Source of the DNA: the human T2T-CHM13v2.0 reference genome, Homo sapiens
Assembly: GCF_009914755.1 (NCBI RefSeq)
Contig: NC_060939.1
Length of the DNA: 64,000 nt
Strand: one strand, 5' to 3'
In this document: piece by piece, positions 52,870 to 64,000 of the stretch
Layout of the letters: every line of letters starts with the position of its first letter
How positions within the stretch are numbered: the first letter of the stretch is position 1
Position numbers and translations under genes: made by a program
Notes under the pieces: generated by a model
Databases searched by the model: none
The model's input: the letters and a program-made list of their open reading frames with translations, nothing else
Told to the model about the DNA's origin: nothing

Positions 52870-53243
52870 CTTGGTTGCTAGCAACAGATTCTGTTGACCT
52901 TTAGTAATGAGGGAGGCAGGGCTAGAGGGTGACTAGCAGCCAGGCCTCCCAGGCTCCCAGGCCTCTCAGATGCCTGGAATTTCGGAGCTAGAAGGTGGTC
53001 AGATTCCCGTTATCTTGACTGCTGCAGCGGGGTCTCTGGGATGGTGATGTGAGTGCCTCCTGCACCCGTGGCCCCCATGTGGCATAACTCCTTGGGCGCT
53101 ATTCATCCACACGGCCCATCTGTGCAGGGTACAGCCTTCATGGTCTTAGCTGGCAGCCCTGACAACTTGGATGTGCAAAGAAGATACAAGTTTGTTTCCT
53201 CTGAAGCTTGTCTGGTGTCATCCAGGAGCCCCACCTGGTAGGT
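52870..53243 (+). promoter_or_regulatory. CORO2B: Candidate second alternative promoter / non-coding first exon
   Basis: RFX-type palindrome GTTGCTAGCAAC at 52874-52885; candidate donors GAT|GTGAGT (53048/9) and CTG|GTAGGT (53237/8); non-repeat sequence. Confidence 0.4.
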
Positions 53244-53463
53244 AGCAGTGATAAAACGCATTCAGCTCGGTCCAGTAGAGTTGTGATGGAGTCAGCCAGA
53301 CAGGACTCTTCATTTGCTAACACGGAGAGACAGAAGTTGAGAAACGTCCTCTCTCAACAATTCTGGCTCTTAAGATATTTTGTGGCTGCAGAATCCTATC
53401 TTGGATGTTGGAATGTGAATTTTTTTGAGTCCTGCTTTAACAGTCCGAACTCTCCCTGGATAA

Positions 53464-53787
<324 letters not shown>

Positions 53788-54406
53788 AATAAATGGATGT
53801 GAGTTAGGGGAGAGCAGGAAGGTTACACCTAGTAAATGCAGAACAGTGCACTAACATTATTTTTAAAATTACAGTGATCCCCTTTACATTCCTCTCTGAC
53901 CTCTTCTCCATCTCTCTTCCCTCCGCTTATGGCTTCTGCCTCTGCCACCAACTAGTGGTGCAATGTAGCCCACATTTAAACCCTTCAAGGGGAGGAGCTG
54001 GTTGGTTTAGCTGTCACCATTGAGTGTGGGTCACTTCTATGGAGCAGAGCTGTGTGCTGGACAGTCATGCAGAATGCTACATGACCACCTAGAATGAGGC
54101 GGCCTCCCTTGTGAACTGGGGGAACAGAGGGCATTGTAGGGGAACTGTTGGCCACAGATCCCAGCAAGACTCCTCTTTCCTTGCTGGGTCCTAAATTAAC
54201 TACTGGATTCTTTTTACAAGGCAGGGAGTGAGAGGTGGAGAACATCATGAGACAGTTATCACGGATGTTTTCAAACAAAAACCCATTGATTTCCTCAGTA
54301 CCATTAAGTTTAATTTAAAAAAAAAGTTTCTGCTCTAGTTTCTAGACCCTCAGCTGGTGAGGCCCCTTGAATTGTTTCCAAAGTCCAAGAGGAAATGGTT
54401 ACTCCA

Positions 54407-54410
<4 letters not shown>

Positions 54411-54452
<42 letters not shown>
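54411..54452. repeat. (AC)21 microsatellite
   Basis: Perfect AC run. Confidence 0.97.
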
Positions 54453-54456
<4 letters not shown>

Positions 54457-55467
54457 TCCTTGGGGACAGCACAGGGTGGACAGTGCAAAGAATTTATCTC
54501 CAAGTAAGCTCTGTGCATGAGGCCTGGTATCTATTTCTTTATGGGCAAGTTGATTTACTATCCTTTTTTATACCCAAAATGATTAGCAGCAATATAAAGA
54601 ACTTCAACTTCTCCTTTCTCACATTTGGGGCACTGAGAGATGGGCTTCCTTTTACTCTAACAGAGATACTACAACGGAGCCGGCAGATCGTCCTTCTCTT
54701 CCATGCCATCCCCTGGCTGTAATGTAGATAGATTATCTCTTGGGAAGGGGAAGGCCCATCACCAGTTACCACATTCCCCTGGGGACAGTTTATCAGTCCA
54801 TCTTTTTCTGCATTGCCAGGTGACAGGGAGCAACGTCTTGGTCTGTGGGCCAGGGGCCAGGCCAGGCACTCTGAACACGGGATCCCGGTTATCCTGAGAG
54901 TCGGTCAGGGCATGTCACAGGCAGGGAGCCTCGGCAGTGGCAGCTATGCCTGGCATCTCCCCGGCTCAGCCTTTGGCCTGGACTATGAAACAGCCTTTTA
55001 AAAAAGTTGCTCAGCCTCACCTACCAAGAAGCCGGAGGCCATGAAGGAGGGGGTGAGGAGTAGGACCTGCTGTGGACAGAGAATAGGGCTGAAAACCAGA
55101 AGTCCTGGGTTTAACTCCACCAGCCCTTATTGAGCACTTGGTGTTTGCACGATCTTGTGCATGACAGTCTAGAAATGCAGAAGAAAGCCCTCGAGGGATG
55201 CATTAGGCCCAGCTCTTTTACTCACTCGCTGGCCGGCAGGGTGGTTGTCAGGGGCAAACCCAAAGCACTTTTGAAGGTGCAGATTGACTGATAAAATAAT
55301 CTTTGTTGAGCAGTCACAGTTAGCAAAGCATGTTCACACACAGTATTATTTCACTGGATCCTCATAACTATCCTAGGAAAAATATGAATTATATCCATTT
55401 TTCTGATGGAGGAACTGGGAGGTAAAGGGACAGATGCAAAGTCACAGAGCTGAAGTTTCAGAGGGCC

Positions 55468-56005
55468 CAGTGCTCCTTGCAATGCCACTCAGGGACCAAA
55501 GTCTGGTTCCGGGACCAATAGCTTCAGCATCACCTGGCAACGTGTTAGGGATGCAGATTCTCGGGCCCCACCCTCGACTTCCTGAATCAGAAACTGTGGG
55601 CCTCAGCAATCTATGTTTTCACAAGCCCACCGGGTAATTGTGATGCACCTGCAAGTTTGAGAAGCACTGAGCTGGAGAGTGATACCCAACTGAATCATCT
55701 ATGTGAACCACCTGGACCACCACCGTGTTCAACCATAGATTCTCATTTGAGTCAAGAGTGGGGCCTGGGATTCTCCATTTCTAACCAGCTCCCAGGTAAT
55801 GCCAGTGCTATTGGTCCACAGGCAGTCCATTGAACAGCAAAGATCCCAAACAGGAAGCACCTGGTGGGCTTGGTTAAAATGCACATTTCCTAGCTCATTC
55901 CCACAGTGTGTGATTCTGCAGGCTGGAAGTGGGGCCCGGGAGCCTGCATTTCCACAAACACTTCAGGTGATTCTGAGGCAGATGACCTGGGGCTCGCACT
56001 CCAAG
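55468..56005. mobile_element. Cluster of three MER5-type hAT elements
   Basis: MER5A-like 55468-55669 (cagtgc...agtttgagaagcactg), then two MER5B-like pieces. Confidence 0.75.
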
Positions 56006-57738
56006 GATCTGTTCCCCAGAGCTCGAGCTTGCAGACCATCCACCCTGGCCTCATTTTCAAAGGTTTTCCACCTTCACTCCTCTCCCCACTGGTCTTGAAC
56101 CACCCATTTGATCCCCTGCCAGACTTTGGGCTAAGGGGGTGCAAGTTGGAGGCCATCTCTGAGCCAGCAGGGCCCTCAGTTCCTCAAAATAGGTCAGGAG
56201 TCTGGCACAGACCAGCCTCAGTGGCTGCAAATAGAAACCATCTGTTGGGCCTGTGTTTTGAGCTCCACCGCCCCTCTCTGCCTGGCCAGAGAAACACAGA
56301 ACTCAGAAGCCCAGTGGAGCATGGATGCTTCCCTGAGTGGGTGCTATTCTGCCACCGCCTGCCCAGACAGACTCCCATGGGATCTGCCTGCAGGGGAGGG
56401 GTGGCAGCACCAGATTCTACCACCCCCAGGGCAGGAAGCTTGCAGTGTGGACCGGTCATCCAGAGACAAGTCACTCCTCCTCTCTGGGTCTATGAAATGA
56501 GAGGCTGGATTTAGTGGACCTGTGAGTCCCTTTCTGCTCTGACAGGATACGGTTCCTTGAAAGCCTTTTTGTGTCAGGACCACATGGAGGAAAAGTTGGG
56601 CCCAGAGGAGGCAGACATTTCATTTTCCTGGCTCTCTGTGCAGAGTGAATATTGTGGGATCTGGTCCTGCAAATAGGGGGATGGACAAGGTTTGTGATCT
56701 GGAGCTCCAACGGGACTCTTGTAAGCCTTGAGGCAAAGAGTTGGGTTGCTCTTCCTTGTCTCTGCCCTCCTATTCCTTCCCTCACTCGTATATTTATCAA
56801 GATGATGTTAAGCCCAGTGGTAAGCCTGGAAAAATAAGGAGGAATGAGGTGCAGTCCCTGCCCTCAACAGCAGCCAGGATAATTGAGGAGCAGACAAGTA
56901 AAGGAGAGACCTCGGTGACAGCTCTGAATCAGATCCGAGCTCCTCCACTTCAGTGACCTGGACAAACCCAGACGCATCTGGAAATGGGAATAATAATTGT
57001 ACCTATTTCTCAGGGTTATTTTAAGGATGCAGGATATAATGAATGTAGAATGCTTAGCTCATCGTAAGCACTAAACACACGTTGGCTGCTGTTAGTGTGA
57101 TGAGCCAGGAGCAAGGGGAGCACAGCATGGAATCTGGGGGCCTCAGAAGACTTCCCAGTGACCATCCTAGGGGAGGTAGGAAGCTGTCTTGAAGAGAATG
57201 AGGCAGAGGTGGCTACAGCCTTCTCCTTACATGTCCGGCCTTGTTCACCAGAGCAGGAAAGGCTGCAGGGATTCAGGGCAGAGGCCTGGTATAGAATAGA
57301 CCGTGTCTCTGGCTGGGCTTGCATTGGGTGGTGGATGCATGCTGCGTATCCTCCCCTCTAGAGACTGTTGAGAAGGCGCCATCCCAGCCCTGCCTGTTCC
57401 CACTTGGCTTAGATCCACTCCCTGATAGCATGAGGGAGGCAGGACAGAGCTGGGTGGCGAGGAGGAATTCCAATTTCCTGGGTGAGAAAAATGAGGGGCT
57501 TGCCCAAGGGGCCCTGTGAGTTGGTAGGAGAACTGTCCTGGAACCCAAGAATTCCATGTTTGTCAGAGATGCAGAGAAAGACAGTGGAGTGACTCCAGAT
57601 CATGGCCTTCCTAAGTCCCTGTACACCCCACCCAGGAACTTCCAGGTGTGGAGGTTTGGATTGATTCTTTTCTTCCAGGATTTAGGACTTTTAGTAGCTA
57701 ACTGATGACTTTTAGGAGCTAATTGATGTCTTTTCTCC

Positions 57739-57941
57739 CAGTGCTGTCCAATGCAACACACTGCAGTGATGGAAATGCTCTGTAATCTCTGCTGTGCCAT
57801 ATGGTAGCCACTAGCCACATGTGCCTATTGAGCACTTGATATGTGGTTAGTCTAACTGAGGAGGAGTTTTCAATTTAATTTTAATTAATCTGAATTTAAG
57901 CAGCTGCATGTGGCTAGTAGCTACCATACAGGACAGTGCAG
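57739..57941. mobile_element. MER3 hAT-Charlie element
   Basis: cagtgctgtccaat...atggtagccactagccacatgtg...catgtggctagtagctaccata...ggacagtgcag. Confidence 0.85.
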
Positions 57942-60900
57942 TTTTAGCCTACTCTAAGGTGCACAGGCAAGAGCAGATACTCCCAAATGTTGGTTCCACA
58001 GATACATGCCTTCACGACACACTCCTCACATGATTCTGATGCATAACCAAGTTTGGAAATGGTCAGGGCAGGGGTCTGAGAGACGCTATGCTGAGAGAAA
58101 TGGCACAGTCCATGCACCTCCCATTGTCTGTTTGGCTTTCTCATTTTACAAAGGAGGACACTGAAGCCTGGAGTCCACTGGGAATTACTGCCCAGGCTGG
58201 CGAGCCCCTCGGGACTGTAGGCTGGTTCCCTCTGCTCCTCCAGTATGGAAACATGTGCTGTGTTCCTCCTGTGTGTCCAGCTTTCCCGGGTGGAGGGGGA
58301 ACAGATGATCAGCTCTCGCTCACGACCCAGAATGCTTTGGATGAGATGGAGCAGTTGATAACGGTGTCTTTCCTTCATGACAGTGCCATACTATTTTCTC
58401 TTGTGTTCTCATGTTCCATCCTCATACAGATTCCAGGACCCAGGTCAGTTGATACCCACATATCACAGAAGAGGACACTGAGCCTGGAGAAGGAAGGCGG
58501 CTTGTCCCAGGTCACATAGCTAGAGACCAAACTAGATGGAAAGTGCCAGTCTTTCTCTGACAGCACATGACCCAGGAGAGGCTCTGCCACATATCCTGAT
58601 GGGCTGCCCCATGGGAGCTACCAGGGCAGATCTGAGAGTTCTCCTGGGCTCCCCACATTACACAGCTCTTTCCCAGGGGGCTTCCTCCCAGCCCTTTGAT
58701 GTGAATGTAGCCACATTGCCCCCTCACCTGAGTCAGAAACTAAAAAAACTGCTCTCTTACATTTTCGTGTTCCACTTAAAAGCTAAATTTTGCTCATGTC
58801 ATCATCTAGAAAATGCACCCGCTGGCCACAATAAATCATTTTTGAGATCCGAGGACAGGATACAATTTGCTTCCATGTGGAGTGTACATAGTGATTATCT
58901 CAGAGGGGAGAAAAAGCCATCCTACATTTCTTGAGAGGCTATAAGGGCCATTCAGCTGCAAAATGAATACTTTTTCCTTCCGGGCCCTCCCCATCTGGGA
59001 GGGAGACCAGGATGGCCCTGGGCCCAGGGAGAGGCTGCCAGGGAGCAGGCCCAGCAGCTGTGCACATCTGGAATCCAGAACCTCTCCCTCCCTCCTCCTG
59101 ACCCTCAGCCCAGCCCAGCCCGCCCTGTCCTCCTCCTCCTGGCAAAGCCTGACCTCCCCAAGTAAACATTTGATTATTTGAAGTCAGAGACTCCCTCACA
59201 GGAGAAGGAGAGAGGGTAGAGCTAGTGTTGAGCAAGCACCCATCCTGGGCCAGACACTTTGCCAAGCAATTTGTGTTTGGTCACTTCATTGTATCCAGTG
59301 AGCTGGATGACATTATTCTCATTTTACAGTTAAGGAAACTGATATTCAGACAGGTTGAGTAGGTAGTCCAAAGTCGTACAACTAACAAGTAGCAGAGCCA
59401 AGATAGAAACCACTGGATTCTTTCTGACTCCTAAAACTCTTCCTGCTACAGTTTCTTTACACTTTTGTGTAGGGCCCTGTATTTATGGAGCTACTGGGGA
59501 GGGGTAAGAGTTGAGGTGGAGAGGCTGAAGGAGGAGAAGATATGTGTTGTATTGGAAAGAGCAGTAGACTAAGAGTCAGAAGTTCTTGGCTGAAGTCTTG
59601 GCTACACCATTTTGATAGCTTGTGACTTTGGACAAGTCTCTTTTAACTCCTCCATGAGCCACACAGACACTCTATGTTGTAAATGGGATTGTAGCACCTG
59701 CCTAGTTCTGCCCGCTGGACAGCAGCGGGGCTGACAGAGGTGGTGTCTGGAGAGGATCATGACTGCGGGTGGGCTTTTCAGGGTGGTTCTGCAGGCACTG
59801 GCCCCTTGCTGATTCTGTGCTGTCAACAGCAAGGGACTCACTAGGCCTCAGCCTGACAGCAGTACTGGGTTCAGAGGTGTTGGTATTCTGGTGATGAGGA
59901 GTCTAATGGAGACAGGGCTGCGTGACCAGAAGAAAGAACATGGTAGAGGAAGGGCTCATGAGGGAGGGTAAGGACCAGACCCTCATCCTGTGGGCAGGGC
60001 AGCACATCAGCCTGAAAATAAAATGCAAAACCTCAGCAGGCTGAAGTCACAGCCTTGGGGTGAGGTTCCTGAAGGAGGCACCTCCTTGTGCTTGACCTTG
60101 GCTCTTGCCCCCCTACCATACTGAGAGATGATTCAGCCAGAGTCACTATGAGGCTCAGCTATAAGGGAGCCCTGAACCCGGCATGGAGTGGGGTGGGGCT
60201 GTGCAGGGGCCAGAAGGAGTTGGATGATCTGGTAACTTACAAACCACTAACTGGAGAAAGAAAACATGCATATCTAAAGCTTGAAATAAGTGCCAAAAGC
60301 ATTAATCAGCTCTGTGGGACACCCTAAAAGGAGGTGGCTATTGCCATGTAAGAGCTGTTGTCATTCAGGGTCACAGCAACCCAACTGGGGTAGGGGAATA
60401 TAAAAGAGGAAGGCCCCCAGCCAGGGTGGCAGAACCAAGGTGGTAGACCCCAAAACTCCTCTCTGTTCCAACATGATGTCTTTAATAAAGTAGAGGAACT
60501 CTATTATCTCAGGGCTGGAAGGCAATCTAATTCCATTCACTGTTCCACATCGTCCTTAATCGGAGGTCATCCACCTAAATCTTGAACCCCCCCAGGGATG
60601 GGAAGCTCACTACCTATCAAGGTAGCTTCTTTTTCCAAGTTAGGCAGCTCTAACCATTAAGAAAGTCCTTTCTTTTACAGAGTTCAAAACCAATCTTGAA
60701 AACCAATCTCAAAACCAATATGTCCCAGTCTTGCGCCTTGTGCTCATTGGTCCTAAAAGATTCAAAGAGAGTGTGTTCTGCTCTCACTAGAATCAGTCAG
60801 GGGGAATCTACCAGGATCTGGGCAGGGCTTTAAGGGTAAAGGCAAAGGGCCAGATTTTCAGGTCACCTCTTGGCCGCCCCCACCGATTTCCCTTTGAGGT

Positions 60901-61289
60901 CTGGGCACCTCCCCCGGTTACAGCCTCGGCAAGGCCTCCTCTCTCTGGCAGAGTAGGGAGGAGTCTTTTCTGTTCCCTGCCTGCGCACCCATGCATCTGA
61001 CCTCACAGTGAGGTCAGCTCCTTAGTAATGCAGGTCCTTCTGCAGACACCCAGCTTTGGCCCACAGTGTGTACTCGTGCCTGGCCTGGCCTTCCAGCCTC
61101 TGTCCATCACCTTCCAGAACAAACCCTTGGCACTGGCCAGGTGGCCTCCTCACTGCCAACAGCCAGACCAGGTGTGTGCTCACACATTCCCCCTGCCCTC
61201 TCCTCTCCTTTCGCATGCTTTACCAAAGCCAAGTAACTGATAATGGAGACATAGTAACCTGAATCAAATCAAGGCCTTAGACCTAACTC

Positions 61290-61730
61290 TTAAAGTTTAC
61301 AAGGGATACAGGAACAACTTTGGCATTGCCCTGAAGCATCATGAGACAAATCATTGGAATGTTTTATAAGATGACTGACAACTGACCTGGTATCTTCCAA
61401 AAGGCAATGCTATTTAAAAAAAAAAAAAGGTGATAGGAGTATTGTAGGTTAAAGAAGGCAAAAGAGAGATCACAACCAAATGCAACACATGAACCTAGGT
61501 TTCACCGAATCCTAGGTCAGAAACTAAAATAGCTGTAAAAGGCATTGGGGGGAAATTTAAACACGGGCTGGGCATTACATGGTACTGAGGAATGGTCAGT
61601 TTTCTCAGATGCGATGATGGTGATGTGCTAAGGAAATTGCCGTCCTTTGTAGGAAATGCATGCTGAAGTAATGAGGAGGCAGGAGTCATGATTTTTGCAA
61701 GTTCTTTTCCTGTAATTCCACAGAAGTAGA
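61290..61730 (+). mobile_element. Old L1 (L1MC/ME-like) 3' fragment
   Basis: taaagaaggcaaaagagagatcacaaccaaatgcaa...cattggggggaaattt...gaaatgcatgctgaagta. Confidence 0.7.
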
Positions 61731-62624
61731 AAGAAAGAGAAGGGCTGGGGTAGAGGAGGAGGAGCAACTGGTGCTTAGAGCAGCAAAGTGTCTTTCCCAA
61801 GGTCAGTAGGAGTCTGAATGGGGAGCGGAGCCAGGACTGCAGACTCCCAGCTCAGGGTTCTGTGTGAAGACTTAGCATAGGTTCACGTGGAGTGGAGCTC
61901 CACGCCCAGGGTTGTGGAGCCATTGATCAACAGCAGCCCCTGACCTCCCTTCCCCTGGCCCTTTCAAAGGCCCAGCAGAGAGAATCTCCATGGAGATCCA
62001 GTCCCAGCCTACCAGCCACTGTGGAGAGGCCAGCCCAGGCTTGCTGAGAGACAGACACTCTCCATTCTTTCCAGGAAGCAGGCCTGCCTCATTCTAGGGC
62101 CTGCCCAGGCCCATCCCCGGGGAACACGCTGAGTGGGAGAACATGCCTGCTCACCCCGAGCCTGAGCGCTGTGGTCCCCCAGGATGCAGCATCCAGCTCA
62201 GAAGTGCTAGCTGGGCTGTGGGGGCAACAGGAGATGGATAAGGAGTCACTCAAGAGACCACAAGTGTGCCCACCAGAGCCTTCACCACAGATGCCTCCTT
62301 CCTGTGTCTACACCCTGAGGACTGGGGAGCTGGGGATTTGGGGGATAGAGGAAAGAAGGGCAGAGAGTGGGAGGAAGCAGAAGGAGCAGGGAAAAGGAGA
62401 AGGGGGAGGGTGGACGAGGAAGAGGTGAAGTCAGATGGGAAAACAGGCACAGAAACTGCGGGCCGCTGAGCGCTCCACCTGGGGAACCTGGGGTAAGTGT
62501 GGACTTTGCCGGGTGGGCTCAGGAGAGCCTATCAGGTCAGCATGTCCTGTGCTGGGCATATGACAGGCAGCTTGGCACTGGCTCCTCCCAAGCCCTTGGA
62601 GGTGATGGGGATGATTAGCCACCT

Positions 62625-63123
<499 letters not shown>

Positions 63124-64000
63124 TAGATGGAAGTGGCACAGAGAGGTTAAGTGATTTGCCCAAGTCACACAGCAGGGTTGGGATTTGAATCTAGGTGTGC
63201 GTGGCTTCCAGTCCGGTTCTTGTGACCCTTCCCCTTGTACCCCAGAGAGAGCCTGCGGTGACGTCTGCACTGGGAAGAGCAGAGAACTGGGCACTCAGTC
63301 TAGAAACAGGCCTTGTGCAGACCATCCCCGGTGCCCAGCCACGGGCTGTGCTGGGGTTGGAGACAGAACTTGCCATCCCTTTGGCTCCCTGAGCCTCAGG
63401 TTCTGGTGTCATCTGTCTCCCCACTAGGCTGGGCTCCCTTCATGGATAGGCTGGGCCTGCCACGAGGCCAGTTACCCAGCAGGTCTCCCCATGGCCTCCA
63501 CGACTCACCTAGGCTGCCTGGGAAAAGTGCAAACTAGTCTTCAGTCTTTCAGAAGACCCTGGTATCACTTCCTGCCATCACAGAGCAGTGCCCCACCCCC
63601 AGGATGGAAGAGGCTAGGACAAGCTCTAGACTAGGAGCCCAGGGAGAGGCGCCGGCTGTCTGCGGATTCTGAGAAGGTCACTGTGGACTATGTAGATCAG
63701 AGTGAGTCGGGCCTTAAAGGCTGAGGGTTGGCTGCACAGAGAAGACATTCCAGGCTAGAATTGCACAGCAAGGAACAGGAGGTTGGAGTGACCAAGCTCA
63801 ACACCTCCTTTCTCGTCTGTGGAAACTGTGGCATCGAGAATGTTCTGCATGGAAAAGACAGAGAAATACCTGGTGTTCTCACTTCAGATTAAACTTTTGC
63901 CAGGTCCACCAACCACCCATACTGTATTTTTCATACTGTATTTTTCTTTGAATTGATTCACTTTTTAAAACTTAGCCACATTAGCAGTAGTATCTGTGAA

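Noticed and set aside
63919-63940. Two ATACTGTA miR-144-type seed matches
   Set aside because: Deep intronic; explained by a simple tandem duplication.

Overview
Mammalian genomic DNA; the abundant Alu elements indicate a primate, and it is almost certainly human. The window opens in a CpG island holding a first exon whose only coding content is ATG ACT GTC ACA AAG (MTVTK), followed by the donor AAG|GTAAGC. I recognise MTVTK from memory as the N-terminus of coronin-2B (CORO2B, MTVTK-MSWRPQYRSSKF...). The other ~63.8 kb appears to be CORO2B intron 1; I saw no exon-2 sequence (MSWRPQ...) in the window. The intron is dense in old repeats (MIR, L2, L1M, MaLR LTRs, hAT elements) and holds about 14 Alu or Alu-monomer copies. 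I found no credible protein-coding ORF beyond the 5-codon exon and no evidence for a wholly new biological system. The best observations are: (i) candidate alternative first exons/promoters at ~37.5 kb, ~52.9-53.2 kb and ~62.4 kb, plus a weak-Kozak first ATG, which together could switch the coronin N-terminus; (ii) several locally templated duplications and snap-back insertions, including a 141-bp, 97%-identical copy placed 2.19 kb away inside a hAT element; (iii) candidate enhancer motif clusters; (iv) closely spaced inverted Alus. Repeat subfamily names and most repeat boundaries are by-eye estimates.
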